NCBI GenBank assembly: GCA_963664405.1
Contig: OY761158.1
Location: 1,760,001 to 1,824,000 of the forward strand
Source of the DNA: Thermoanaerobaculia bacterium
GTDB lineage: Bacteria > Acidobacteriota > Thermoanaerobaculia > Multivoradales > Multivoraceae
DNA: 64,000 bases
Direction of reading: 5' to 3'
Below, piece after piece: positions 48,262 to 58,634 of the stretch. Numbering within the stretch: the first letter of the stretch is position 1; each line of letters opens with the position of its first letter. The notes under the pieces were generated by a model. The model was given only the letters and a program-made list of their open reading frames with translations, had not been told where the DNA came from and did no database searches. Position numbers and translations under genes: made by a program.

Positions 48262-50892
48262 TTGATGGGAGGAATCCGATTGTACCGCCACCGGCGGAGC
48301 CCCAGGCTCGAAGCCGTCGTCGCTTCAACCAAGGCGCTGGCGATCGTCTTCCTCCTGCTCGGCTGCGAAGCCGAAGAAGCAGCCGCGCCGATCTCGTCGA
48401 GCACGCTGGCCGCTCGCTTCGAGCAGTTCGTCGAGTCCGGAGCGGCACAACCCGCGACTTCCGCCGCCGCGCTACTGGAGCGTCTCGGCACCTTGTGGGA
48501 GCTCTCGAACGCATTGGCCCTCGAGGGTGCGCCGATCCCGGTCGACTACCCCGCGCACGTGAAGAGAAACTTCCTCGATCTGAACAAGGCCGGCGCAGAG
48601 CCCGATCTGGAGATCTTGGAGAGAGCGCGCGACATCATCGACCGCTACTCGCGAGAGCTAGCGCTCAAGGCGAAGAACCCGAACGCGATAGGCACCCTCA
48701 CGCTGACGCCGCCCGGTCCGTTCCGGGTCGGCGAGCTAGTCACACTCAGCCAGACTTACACGGTCGGCGACATACCCATGAGGCCCGGGGGAGGCATCAT
48801 CCTAACCACCAATCGCGGAATCGCGGGCCAAGCCGACGATCCCTCGGCGGAGAACCATGTAAGTGTCACCAGTTCACGGCCCGAGGCGATTCTCGAGCTC
48901 GCGGAGCCCTGGGGAAACTGGCAGAGCTTCATCAATAGGACCACTCTCTCCTGGCGCTTGCGCGACGTCAACCTCGAGCCTGGCGACACCGTCACCATCA
49001 CCTACGGCACCACCCTAGGCGGTGGCGGCGGAGCGCGTCTGCAGCGATGGTCGAACGACCGAGTCATCTTCCCGGTACACATAGACCTCGAGGGAAAGGG
49101 CGAGCTATTGACGCCTCACTGGCCCTCGGTGGAGGTCAGAGGGGCGCGGGAGATCTCGCACGTCAACGTCATCGTTCCATCGCGAGTCGCCGGCAACGAA
49201 CCTTTCGACATCGCGGTGCGCAGCGAAGACAACAACAAAAACCTATCCAGCGCCACGACGCCCCGTTATCGCGTTCTGCTCGAAGGGAAGGCGCTGCGCA
49301 CCATTCCCGCTGGGAGTGGAGCCCTCACCGTACTCGAAGACATCGTTCTCGAGCGGCCCGGCGTATACCGCTTCGAGGTGCGCTCAGACGACCGCACTCT
49401 GCAAGCCCTGAGTAATCCCATCGTGGTCAGCGCCGACCCCGAGCTGCGCGTGTACTGGGGGGAGACTCACGGCCACTCCGGATTCGCCGAAGGTCAGGGC
49501 TCGCCGGACGGTTATTACCGCTTCGGACGCGACGTTGCTCGACTCGACTTCGCCTCCCTCTCGGAGCATGATCTGTGGCTGGACGATGGCGAGTGGCTGG
49601 CGCTGAAGGAGGCCGTCACTACCTACCTCGAGCCCGGGCGATTCACCGCGATCCTCGGCTACGAGTGGACGGCCTCCAACCCCGACGGGGGGCATCACAA
49701 TGTCTTCTTTTCCGACACTGCCGACCGCAAGAGAGTCCCTGTCCAAGAGACCTTAAGCCCGGAGGAGCTCTATCAGCGCCTCAGAGCGGAGAACGATCCA
49801 GAGGACGTGCTGATCATTCCGCATGCCCATCAGTCAGCGGATTGGCGCAAGAGCGATGTGGAGATGGAGCGTCTCGCTGAGATCCAATCGGGACACGGGA
49901 CCTTCGAGTACTTCGGCAACAAGTACCTGCAGCAGGGCTGGGAGGTCGGCTTCATCGGTGCCTCGGACAACCATAACGGGCATCCAGGCTACTCCGGGAC
50001 CGGTAACCGGCAGCTCGGCGGTCTGGCGGCGGTGCTTGCTCCGCAGAACACACCCCAGGCGATCTTCCAAGCGCTCCGCGATCGCGCCACCTACGCCACC
50101 ACCGGAGAGCGCATCGTGCTCGAAGCGACGCTGAACGGAAGCCGCATGGGGACTCGCGTGCCGATGGCCCTCGAGCGCCGCCTCGAGTGCCGAGTCCACG
50201 GCACAGCTCCGATCGACACCATCGACGTCATCAAGAACGGCAACGTCGTGTTCACCCGTCGCTTCCTCGAGGCGCAGCTACGCTCTTCCGCCTTCCTCCA
50301 GATCAAGGTCGAGTCGTCGGCCGAAGTTTTCACCGGCCACAAGAACCCACGCCCGGCACGCTTATGGCGAGGAAGTGTGAGCGTCAAAGGTGCGGATCTG
50401 GTCGACTTCAAGAGACCGTGGTACTTCAACCCCGGCACCTTCTCGCTCGGTCGCGACGAGGCAGACACTAACCGTCTAGAGCTGAGCACGAACACTCGCG
50501 GCCGTGGCAAGGGGATTCTGCTCGAGCTCAGCGGCGCCAACCGCGACACTACGATCGTCGTCGAGTGGGACGAGTCCAGAGAGATCGTGCCGAGAGACGG
50601 TACGACTCCAGAGATGATGGACCGGGAGCCTCAGACTCTGCCCGCGGGCACGGCGAGCTTCCGCCTCGGCGACCTCGAGGGTGGCCTCGGCCGCAAGGAG
50701 ATCAAGGTGGTCGAGAATGTAGACTCCATCCAACTCCAGCTGGTGCCGGCCGACGCCGAGCTCGATCAGGAGTTCGAGTTCGTCGACAAGGAGGATCTGG
50801 CGCCAGGTGACTACTACTATCTGCGCGTCACCCAGGTGGATGGGTCGATGGCCTGGAGTAGTCCCTGGTGGGTCGGCAGTCGGCCGCGATAG
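48262..50892 (+). CDS. DUF3604/CehA-McbA-type PHP metallohydrolase lipoprotein
   Basis: Lipobox LLLGC; YWGETHGHS, SEHD, GYEWT, GGHHNV, ASDNH, YATTG, AWSSP. Confidence 0.8.
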   Translation: MMGGIRLYRHRRSPRLEAVVASTKALAIVFLLLGCEAEEAAAPISSSTLAARFEQFVESGAAQPATSAAALLERLGTLWELSNALALEGAPIPVDYPAHVKRNFLDLNKAGAEPDLEILERARDIIDRYSRELALKAKNPNAIGTLTLTPPGPFRVGELVTLSQTYTVGDIPMRPGGGIILTTNRGIAGQADDPSAENHVSVTSSRPEAILELAEPWGNWQSFINRTTLSWRLRDVNLEPGDTVTITYGTTLGGGGGARLQRWSNDRVIFPVHIDLEGKGELLTPHWPSVEVRGAREISHVNVIVPSRVAGNEPFDIAVRSEDNNKNLSSATTPRYRVLLEGKALRTIPAGSGALTVLEDIVLERPGVYRFEVRSDDRTLQALSNPIVVSADPELRVYWGETHGHSGFAEGQGSPDGYYRFGRDVARLDFASLSEHDLWLDDGEWLALKEAVTTYLEPGRFTAILGYEWTASNPDGGHHNVFFSDTADRKRVPVQETLSPEELYQRLRAENDPEDVLIIPHAHQSADWRKSDVEMERLAEIQSGHGTFEYFGNKYLQQGWEVGFIGASDNHNGHPGYSGTGNRQLGGLAAVLAPQNTPQAIFQALRDRATYATTGERIVLEATLNGSRMGTRVPMALERRLECRVHGTAPIDTIDVIKNGNVVFTRRFLEAQLRSSAFLQIKVESSAEVFTGHKNPRPARLWRGSVSVKGADLVDFKRPWYFNPGTFSLGRDEADTNRLELSTNTRGRGKGILLELSGANRDTTIVVEWDESREIVPRDGTTPEMMDREPQTLPAGTASFRLGDLEGGLGRKEIKVVENVDSIQLQLVPADAELDQEFEFVDKEDLAPGDYYYLRVTQVDGSMAWSSPWWVGSRPR

Positions 50893-50895
50893 GCA

Positions 50896-52299
50896 CTATC
50901 GTGGCCGGCTTTCGTCCCTGGTGAACTCAACCAGGGCTTCCATGGCGGCCGGGTTGAGGATCAGGTCGAAGTGGTCTCCTCGAACGTAGAGCGGCTCTCC
51001 GACGAGAGCTTCCTTCTCCTCGGGAGAAAGCCAGAGCTGACTGTCGACCGTCGCATGACCGTCGCCGAGCCCCGCCACTAGGTTGCGCAGTCTAGAGCTG
51101 TTCTTGACCGCGCTGTCACTCGCAAACAAGGTCTCCCATGCGCCCTTGCGCCCCCGCTGGAGGACGGCCCGGTCCGGCGTCAGCCGGTCCTGATCGTTCT
51201 GGATGAGGTAGTAGCGAGGCGGATTCGTCCAGCCGACATTTCGCTCGAGCAAGGCCTGAAAGCGCTTGGCTCGATCGAGGGCCCAGCGCAGGTACTCGAC
51301 CCTCTCGTCCTCCTCGCCGAAGAGCCCGGGTGCTCCGCTTCTCGCCAACCGTTCACGAGCCTTGGAGCTGAAGACGGACCACCCGTAGCGCAACCAGCTA
51401 TCTGCGTCATAGAGATCGACGGCAACACTCGCCCCATCGCCATCGACGAAAAGATCGCTACGGTAGCGGGGCAGATCCTGGAACAGCGAGGGGAAGGTGA
51501 AGAGTGTCTCAGGCTCCCATTTTCTTCCGACCATTGCCAAATAGTTGCGGCCGCGATCGAGCTCACGGAGGTTGCGGATGCTGCCACCGTTGGCGGTTCC
51601 GACGAGGATCAAGCGGCCGACTTCGAGCCCGCTGCGCGGCGGCGTATCTTGCGACTCCGCCTCTTCCAAAGCAGCTCCTCCGTACTTCGCCAGATAGCGG
51701 CACACATGGCCACCACTGCTCTGGCAGATGAGGGTGACCCTCAGCGTGTCTTGCGACCGTGCCCGGCGCAGCGCGTCGAGCCCTTCTGCCAATCGAGCGG
51801 CCGCATAGGCGTGATCCTGCCGCCAGTCCCAGGGAAAGAGAAAAAAGTCTTCGTGCGCTTTGGGGTCGCGCAGGTCGCCCCGGCGATAGCCCTCGCCTTC
51901 CAGAAGCCGGATGATAGGACCGTAGACAGGCTTGTGAATGACTCCCGCCAGCCGCAGCTCCTCGAGAACCGAGGAAGCTTCGACTCGAGAAGACGGGGAG
52001 ATGCGCAAGCCAAGAGGGCGGGCAAGAACATAGCCGCCATCGCGGGGTCTGAGGAGATTGGTGCCAACACCCCAGATGACGTTTCCTGTCGACTTCTCCT
52101 CGAGAACGCTGCCGGTCACCCCTGGCACGATAATCACCGGCGTACGCGTGGAGACTGCGCCGCCGAAGACGGCGGAGGCAAACAGAAAGGCCGCCGGCAG
52201 AACGGCACGCAGCCGACGGCATATCGGGGGTCGCTTCAGGAGATCCTCGACAAATGACACAGGGTCTCTCGTCGCCGTATGGCGCAACGCCGAGCACAA
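50896..52299 (-). CDS. Alpha/beta hydrolase (LCAT/lipase-like), start uncertain
   Basis: PVIIVPGVTGS, FPWDWR, elbow ICQSSGG, GTANGGS, GDG, GDH. Confidence 0.75.
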   Translation of the reverse strand: MCSALRHTATRDPVSFVEDLLKRPPICRRLRAVLPAAFLFASAVFGGAVSTRTPVIIVPGVTGSVLEEKSTGNVIWGVGTNLLRPRDGGYVLARPLGLRISPSSRVEASSVLEELRLAGVIHKPVYGPIIRLLEGEGYRRGDLRDPKAHEDFFLFPWDWRQDHAYAAARLAEGLDALRRARSQDTLRVTLICQSSGGHVCRYLAKYGGAALEEAESQDTPPRSGLEVGRLILVGTANGGSIRNLRELDRGRNYLAMVGRKWEPETLFTFPSLFQDLPRYRSDLFVDGDGASVAVDLYDADSWLRYGWSVFSSKARERLARSGAPGLFGEEDERVEYLRWALDRAKRFQALLERNVGWTNPPRYYLIQNDQDRLTPDRAVLQRGRKGAWETLFASDSAVKNSSRLRNLVAGLGDGHATVDSQLWLSPEEKEALVGEPLYVRGDHFDLILNPAAMEALVEFTRDESRPR

Positions 52300-52388
52300 T
52301 ATCTCAGTCGGGGCTCAGACACAGGATCCGAGCTCCTCCGCGTCGACTACAATCCTGTAGGCACTCGCTCCGTAGGAGGACTTCGCCA

Positions 52389-53726
52389 ATGCAACCGATT
52401 CATCAGCAAGCCGTCCACAGAATCGTCAACCTGATACCGGAACATCGCCGGCGGCCGCTCGACCGAACGCGGGAGGAGATCGACACCCTCCTGTTCTCGA
52501 ACATCGAGGAGCTGTCATCCATGGAGGGCTCGTTCTCGCTGGTGGCTCGAAGCGGAGTGAGAGTGAGGCTTGCCCGCAGCCTGGACCGCCCGATGCGCTA
52601 CTTCCTCGCCAAAGAGGCGGCAGGGCCCTACTTGATCGTCGCCGAGCGCATCGACCAGATCCAGCAGCAACTCACGGCAGACGGTCACGATTGGCAGTTT
52701 CACCCGACCTATACCCGCATGGTTCCGGCGCACCACATTACCGAGATCCTCCTTGTCGGTTGCCCCGACCCGAGTCCCGAATATCTTCGCTTCTTCGCCC
52801 CGGAAAAAGACACGCTCCCCGCGGACCCGCGGGAGATCGGACGACGCTACGTCACCGCGCTCTACGAGGAGGTCCGTCGGTGGGTAACGGGCCTCCCCAC
52901 CGAGGAGCCGGTCGGAGTCCTTTTCTCAGGCGGCATAGACAGTGGCGCCGTGCTGCTATGCGCTTACCGAGCTCTGCTCGCTTCCGGCGCGAGCGCGGCT
53001 CGCCTCAAGGCTTTCACTCTTTCTGTCGAGGGCGGAGGTGAGGACCTCGCACAGGCTCGCTCTTTTCTCGCGCGGACCGGCCTCGACTATCTCGGTGAGC
53101 CGGTCGAGGTACCCGCCGAGGCTATCGACCCGCTTCGAGCCGTCGAAATGATCGAGGACTACAAGCCTCTCGACGTCGAGTGCGCCGCGGTCAATATCGC
53201 TCTTCTCGAAGCCCTCCGAAAGCGCTATCCACAATGGCGCTTTCTGCTCGATGGCGACGGCGGCGACGAGAACCTCAAGGACTACCCGATCGAAGACAAC
53301 AAGGAGCTGACGATTCGAAGCGTGGTCTCGAACTCGATGCTGTATCAGGAGGGCTGGGGAGTCCAAGCGCTCAAGCACTCCCTGACCTACTCCGGTGGTC
53401 TCTCGCGAGGTTATGTGCGGACCTACGCTCCTCTTCGCCACTTTGGTTTCGAGGGCTTCAGCCCCTTCACTCGTCCGGCGGTGGTGCGGGTGGCCGAAGG
53501 GATCCCCTTTGCGGAGCTGACCGCGGGAGAGGTCGACGTTCTCTATCGTCTCAAGGGCGAGGTTCTCTCTCAGGGAATCGAGGAAGTGCTCGAGATCGAG
53601 ATGCCGGTCTACCCCAAAAGGCGCTTCCAAGAGGGGGCTACCGCCGATGCCGTCTTCAAGGCGAGTTTCGACGTCGACCCCGAGATCTATCGCCGCCACC
53701 TGCTCTCCCGCTATCAAGCCTTGTGA
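52389..53726 (+). CDS. Asparagine synthase-like ATP-dependent ligase lacking an N-terminal Cys glutaminase start
   Basis: AGGAGG RBS; PP-loop SGGIDS, DGDGGDE, SPF, PKRRFQEG. Confidence 0.85.
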   Translation: MQPIHQQAVHRIVNLIPEHRRRPLDRTREEIDTLLFSNIEELSSMEGSFSLVARSGVRVRLARSLDRPMRYFLAKEAAGPYLIVAERIDQIQQQLTADGHDWQFHPTYTRMVPAHHITEILLVGCPDPSPEYLRFFAPEKDTLPADPREIGRRYVTALYEEVRRWVTGLPTEEPVGVLFSGGIDSGAVLLCAYRALLASGASAARLKAFTLSVEGGGEDLAQARSFLARTGLDYLGEPVEVPAEAIDPLRAVEMIEDYKPLDVECAAVNIALLEALRKRYPQWRFLLDGDGGDENLKDYPIEDNKELTIRSVVSNSMLYQEGWGVQALKHSLTYSGGLSRGYVRTYAPLRHFGFEGFSPFTRPAVVRVAEGIPFAELTAGEVDVLYRLKGEVLSQGIEEVLEIEMPVYPKRRFQEGATADAVFKASFDVDPEIYRRHLLSRYQAL

Positions 53727-54682
53727 ATCCGGGGCTGTCACCGAAGCGAGTCCGCGCCCTTCGGCCCGCCCACTCGGCTCCCGACCCCTGGAAGATTCTC
53801 GGTACCGTCGAGGAACAGGAGCGCGGTCTCAGCGGAGCCCTGAGGTCGGCCGCGACTCTCTTCCTCGCCGGAGCGGAGTGTCCCTTTAGTTGCGTGTTCT
53901 GCGACCTGTGGCGCCATACGACTCCGTCATCGACGCCGGTCGGAGCCATTCCCGCTCAGATCCGCCAGGGCCTCGATAAGCTCAGCCGACCACCGCACAC
54001 TCTCAAGCTCTATAACGCAAGCAACTTCTTCGACGCAAGAGCGGTCCCGGTCGAGGACGACGAGGCAATCCTCGAGCTGCTCCAGGCGCCAAGACGTGTG
54101 GTGGTGGAGTGCCATCCACGCTTCGTCGAAGAGCGCGCTCTTCGCTACACAGCAAGGCTCTCCGGAACCCTCCAGGTCGCGCTGGGACTCGAGACCGTCC
54201 ACCCGCGGGCCCTGCGGCACCTTGGGAAGGGTGCGTCAATCGCGGACTTTCGACGAGCCGCGGCTCTTCTGTTGGCTGCGGGGGCCGAAGTCCGAGTTTT
54301 TCTCCTCATCGGAGCTCCGTTCATTCCAGCTGCGGAGCTCGAGAGCTCAGTCGTGGAGTCCGCCCGTTTCGCGCGCGACCTCGGCGCTCGACACATCTCG
54401 CTCATTCCTCTGCGAGGAGGCAATGGCGCGACGGAAGAGCTCGCAAGACGGGACGAGTACACGCCTCCCACTCTGCAACAGGTTGAGGGCTGCTACGACG
54501 CCTGCATGCGCCAGATCGAAGGACCGGTCCTCAGCCTTGACCTTTGGGATCTCGACCAGCTCTCCCACTGCCCCCATTGCTATGAGCGCCGGCGAGCACG
54601 CCTGCTGAGCATGAACCTCAGCGGCAGGCAAGAGGCAGATGTTGTTTGCGGCTGCGAAGATTCGATCGGAGTCGAGCTTTGA
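53723..54682 (+). CDS. Radical SAM protein, RaSEA/TIGR01210-like
   Basis: CPFSCVFC, KLYNASNFFD, VECHP, GLETVH; C-terminal CPHC...CGC; GTGA coupling. Confidence 0.8.
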   Translation: MNPGLSPKRVRALRPAHSAPDPWKILGTVEEQERGLSGALRSAATLFLAGAECPFSCVFCDLWRHTTPSSTPVGAIPAQIRQGLDKLSRPPHTLKLYNASNFFDARAVPVEDDEAILELLQAPRRVVVECHPRFVEERALRYTARLSGTLQVALGLETVHPRALRHLGKGASIADFRRAAALLLAAGAEVRVFLLIGAPFIPAAELESSVVESARFARDLGARHISLIPLRGGNGATEELARRDEYTPPTLQQVEGCYDACMRQIEGPVLSLDLWDLDQLSHCPHCYERRRARLLSMNLSGRQEADVVCGCEDSIGVEL

Positions 54683-56250
54683 AGGCCACCGTCGCCATCA
54701 TCGGGTCCGGCTTTGCCGGCTCGATCCTCGGCCGCATCCTCGCCGACCAGGGTCACCGTGTGCTGCTCTTCGAGCGGCAACGCCACCCGCGCTTCGCCTT
54801 GGGCGAATCTTCGACCCCTCTGGCGGCGCTCTCACTCGAACGCCTCAGCCGCGACTGGCAGCTCCGCGATCTCGACGCCCTCGCCGCCTATGGACGCTGG
54901 AACAAGGAGCTCGGCCATCTGCGTAAAGGCCTGAAGCGGGGCTTCACCTTCTACCAGCACACCCGTGGGAGCCCCTACACAAACGACGAGCATGACTGTC
55001 ATCGACTCCTTGTCGCGGCGAGCCCCAACCAAGAGATCGCCGACTGCCACTGGCTTCGAGCAGATGTCGACGCACACTTGGCGTCAGCCGCGGCAGCAGC
55101 GGGCGCGGAGCTCCTCGAAGAGGTCGAGATCACCGGGGTCGAGGCTCGAGGCGAAGGATTCAAACTGAGCTGGACAACTCGCGGCGGCCGGCTTCACACT
55201 GAAACCGCAAGTCATCTAATTGACGGCAGCGGTCGATCGGGAGTGCTCGGGACTACGTTTCCAGAAGCTAGAAGCACCCGGGTCGGGCTCGAGACAAGCC
55301 TCGTCGCCGGTCATTTCGGGGACGTCGCTCCCTTCCCGGACGTCGCTCGCGCCGCCGCAGCCTGCGTCGAGGATGGCCCTTATCCAGACGAGGCGGCCGC
55401 CGTCCATCATCTACTCGGAGACAGCTGGCTCTATCTTCTACGCTTCGACGACGGAACCAGTTCGATCGGCCTGGTTCGAGCTGCAACTCAGCCGCACGCG
55501 CCGGCGGTCCCTCCCGAAACCCTCCTCAGACGCGCGCTGGAGCCGTTCCCGACGCTGCACCAAGCCTTTGATCAGGCAAGACCAACAAGCCCAGTCGTAC
55601 ACTTGAACGTGCTCCCCTATCGCCGACTGAAGGCGGGCGGCTCGAGCTGGGCGCTCCTGCCTCACAGCTACGCTTTCTACGACCCTCTCTTCTCGACCGG
55701 GATCGCCTGGAGCCTGATCGCAGTCGAGCGCCTAGCCGGATGGGGACTGGAGCTCCGCGAGCACGGGAGGTCGGCTGCCGCGCAGACCCTCCGCCGCTAC
55801 TGCCACCTGATCGAGAAAGAAGCGGATCATCTCGAGTCTCTGATCACCACGGCTTGGCGAGCCCTACCCTTGTTCGACGACTTCGTGGAAGTCTGTTACC
55901 TGTACTTTGCCGCCGCAAGCTTCTCCGAGCTCCGTCAACGTCTCTGCCCCGAGCAGGAGCCGCTCGGAGGTTGGTGCTGGGACGGATTCCTCGGAACCAG
56001 TGATCCCTTGGTTTCGAAATGGCCCGAGCAAGTCTCGGCCTGGCTCCGCGAGTCACCGGCGACAGCTCCAGGGCGTCGAGTGCAGCCGCGACAACTCCGA
56101 GAGCTCATCGAGCCACGAAACCTAATCGGGCTCGGCGATCCGGCGATCGGGCGGCGAATCCCGCTCGATCTCGGATTGCTACGCCAATCGGCATCCAAAC
56201 TGGGTCTTCAGAAGACCACGATGGGCGAGCGCCTCAGCCGACTCCGATGA
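54679..56250 (+). CDS. Flavin-dependent halogenase-like protein
   Basis: GSGFAG, HPRFALGESS, LKRG, RADVD, IDGSG, WLYLL, DPLFSTG; TTGA coupling. Confidence 0.82.
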   Translation: MKATVAIIGSGFAGSILGRILADQGHRVLLFERQRHPRFALGESSTPLAALSLERLSRDWQLRDLDALAAYGRWNKELGHLRKGLKRGFTFYQHTRGSPYTNDEHDCHRLLVAASPNQEIADCHWLRADVDAHLASAAAAAGAELLEEVEITGVEARGEGFKLSWTTRGGRLHTETASHLIDGSGRSGVLGTTFPEARSTRVGLETSLVAGHFGDVAPFPDVARAAAACVEDGPYPDEAAAVHHLLGDSWLYLLRFDDGTSSIGLVRAATQPHAPAVPPETLLRRALEPFPTLHQAFDQARPTSPVVHLNVLPYRRLKAGGSSWALLPHSYAFYDPLFSTGIAWSLIAVERLAGWGLELREHGRSAAAQTLRRYCHLIEKEADHLESLITTAWRALPLFDDFVEVCYLYFAAASFSELRQRLCPEQEPLGGWCWDGFLGTSDPLVSKWPEQVSAWLRESPATAPGRRVQPRQLRELIEPRNLIGLGDPAIGRRIPLDLGLLRQSASKLGLQKTTMGERLSRLR

Positions 56251-56289
56251 CCGAGCTCTCGGCCGGCGTCTGGCAGGGCCGCTTCGTCG

Positions 56290-57450
56290 CTAGCGATTCG
56301 TGCCCCGAAGCCGTCGCGACACCAGGCCGATGTCACGGTCGATCCGACGCCACTCCGAGCTGGTTGCCCGCGCCTCGATGACGATGGGGATTCTACGTTC
56401 AGCATCACAAGCATCGATGAGCCGGGCAAGGTGGTCCTCGAGGTAGGACAGATCAATGGGCTCCTCGGGGACCTGACGAAGAGAGGTCGGGATCTGCGCC
56501 ATCGAGGTCCGTAAGTCTGTGCAGACGGCGTCGACGTTCAACCCTCTCGATCCGCCACCCAACTGCAGCACCGAATGCCTCATCGGCGCCAGCGTGTCCC
56601 GGTAGAGATCCAACCACTGGGTCCAGCGAGCCATGCGGTTTCGACTTGCCCCCTGCTGAGCCTTCTCCACCTTCTGGCGCACAATCTTCGCCTGGTCCGC
56701 TTGGGCTTGGCGCACCTGGGATCCGACCACGGCTGGGTCGCGATCGAGTCGGTGAAGCCTGGCTCTATGAAGTAGGCCATGATCATCCCGCTTTTCGAGG
56801 TTGCCGGCCGAATTGATTACATAGTAATGACCGAGCTCGTCGCCGCCCTTCTCCTCCCAACGCAGCTCATTACCTACCCGGGTCGCTGCGATCTCGATCG
56901 CGAAGCTACCGCCCTCGCGATATAAGCGGTCCATGATGAGCTCGTCCCCATCTTGATAGACCGTAACCACCGAGGCAAAGGAAGTGTCGTCGATCCAAGT
57001 GCCGACGAGGTCTCTACTCTTGCGCGCCTGAGCGACCAGCTCGCGCTCCTCCAACCTCGTCAACCCGAGCAGGGTGACCATGAGCTCCGGCCGGTACTCG
57101 GCAGTGGCCCATGCACCCTCGCCCGGCTGCGTTTCGCTGAGATAGTAAGTAATGAAGGACCGGTCGCATCCCGATGCCTCACGCTCACGAAGCTCGTCCG
57201 ATGCCGCCTCCAACACATCTGTTGGGACCTTATAGGCGAGCCGGATGTCGGGGCTGCACCGCAGCGTAGACGGTCGATCGGCGTTGATTACTTCGAGCTC
57301 GAGGTCGCGAGGGACCTGGGGCCGCACCGGCCGTGGCGCCTCTGCTTCCTGGCAGCCACTGCCCACCACCAAGACAAGAAGCAGGAGACAGCCTTCAGCC
57401 CACCACCTGCGGGCTATCGGCGACCTCCTGTTAGACTCGATGACCTCCAC
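56290..57450 (-). CDS. Hypothetical lipoprotein
   Basis: Hydrophobic core followed by VGSGC lipobox. Confidence 0.6.
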   Translation of the reverse strand: MEVIESNRRSPIARRWWAEGCLLLLVLVVGSGCQEAEAPRPVRPQVPRDLELEVINADRPSTLRCSPDIRLAYKVPTDVLEAASDELREREASGCDRSFITYYLSETQPGEGAWATAEYRPELMVTLLGLTRLEERELVAQARKSRDLVGTWIDDTSFASVVTVYQDGDELIMDRLYREGGSFAIEIAATRVGNELRWEEKGGDELGHYYVINSAGNLEKRDDHGLLHRARLHRLDRDPAVVGSQVRQAQADQAKIVRQKVEKAQQGASRNRMARWTQWLDLYRDTLAPMRHSVLQLGGGSRGLNVDAVCTDLRTSMAQIPTSLRQVPEEPIDLSYLEDHLARLIDACDAERRIPIVIEARATSSEWRRIDRDIGLVSRRLRGTNR

Positions 57451-57534
57451 TCCGCAGCCTCCGCGCGACTCGCTGCCTCCCCACGCACCCTAAAGGCTAG
57501 CATGTCAAGCGTCACGAAACCGCCAGCAAGGAGC

Positions 57535-58431
57535 TCAACCGGAACAGGAGCCCGGCGATCGAGCGACGCACTCGAGCACGTTCATTGGGCCCATTCGATC
57601 GATCAGGGCTCGCTCATCATCGCTACGAGCCATCAGTGATCCCGCAAATCCAAGTGCGTTGACACCCAAAGTGTCTACGGCGGCGCTCGAGCGGGGAACG
57701 AGAAGCATCCACTCGCGTGTGAAGAGCAAGTTATGCGGGCCCGCGCGCCCGTGCGGCTGCGCCACCATCTCTCGAAGCAGACGGCGGTAGGCCTCGAATA
57801 GCGAAGCCGGCACTGCATCCGAGTCGCCAACCTCCGGCGGCGAAATCCTCTGTAGACGGTGGGCAAAAGGTAGCGCCGCACAGGTCGAGCTCCCGGTCTC
57901 GAGAGAAGACTCGAGCAACGCAGCCACCGGAACCGAGGAAGTGCCCTCGGCGAGTGGCAGCGGTACGACCTGGAGATGCTTATGTTGCTGGCTCGCGCCG
58001 GAGCCGGCTCCGGAGTTGTAGAAGACGAGTCCATTCATGCCCTCGAGACAGCTCTGCCCGGCTGCGAAGTCCTCGCGAGTGAGGAGCTCTTCCTGGTCCT
58101 CGAAGTCACGAGTCACCAGGAGAATGTGCCTATCGAGGACGCAATACTTGTTGAGTAGGCACACATGCGTAGGCGAGATATCGCCGATCAGGAGCCCTTC
58201 TTCGTAGGGAGGAAGAAACGGATTTCTTCGCTCCTGACTAGGAACAGCCGACAACTCCACCCCAGCTCGCGGCGCGACCAGTCTGCGAACAATGAAGTCG
58301 ACACCACGGTCATGGAGAATCTCGACCTCCGTCGGCAGCGGTTGAAGAAGACCGGTCGAGAGGGCTCGCCGCGATCTCTCGGTCACGAGGCTCCAGAGCT
58401 CCGACGGCCGCTGGGATCGATCTTGCATCAT
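57535..58431 (-). CDS. ATP adenylyltransferase (Ap4A phosphorylase)
   Basis: NPFLP, LLNKY, FYNSG-GASQQHKHLQ, VNALGFAG. Confidence 0.9.
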   Translation of the reverse strand: MMQDRSQRPSELWSLVTERSRRALSTGLLQPLPTEVEILHDRGVDFIVRRLVAPRAGVELSAVPSQERRNPFLPPYEEGLLIGDISPTHVCLLNKYCVLDRHILLVTRDFEDQEELLTREDFAAGQSCLEGMNGLVFYNSGAGSGASQQHKHLQVVPLPLAEGTSSVPVAALLESSLETGSSTCAALPFAHRLQRISPPEVGDSDAVPASLFEAYRRLLREMVAQPHGRAGPHNLLFTREWMLLVPRSSAAVDTLGVNALGFAGSLMARSDDERALIDRMGPMNVLECVARSPGSCSG

Positions 58432-58634
58432 CGACAGAGGGATCCTGACTCAGCTCGTCGTCCGAGCTCGACGCAGCGGTGTCATCCTCTCACGCCCGAC
58501 CTCGAATCGTCGCTCTTGAACATTCTGCAGGCCTGTGGCAACGTCAGCAAGTTCATTTCCTTGTATGAAGAGCATCCGGTGGTCGAAATCGCCGTGCTCA
58601 GGGTTCTATGTCCGTGATTCGAGGAGGAGACCCC

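Noticed and set aside
52254-52388. Search for a RiPP precursor upstream of the ligase/radical SAM/halogenase operon
   Set aside because: No short ORF with RBS or leader-like features, and no RRE or lasso peptidase gene in the window.
53180-53722. ORF-track N-terminal extensions (radical SAM from 53180, also 12089, 23694, 40629, 46689, 61384)
   Set aside because: They overlap upstream genes or repeats; coupled or RBS-supported starts downstream fit the families better.
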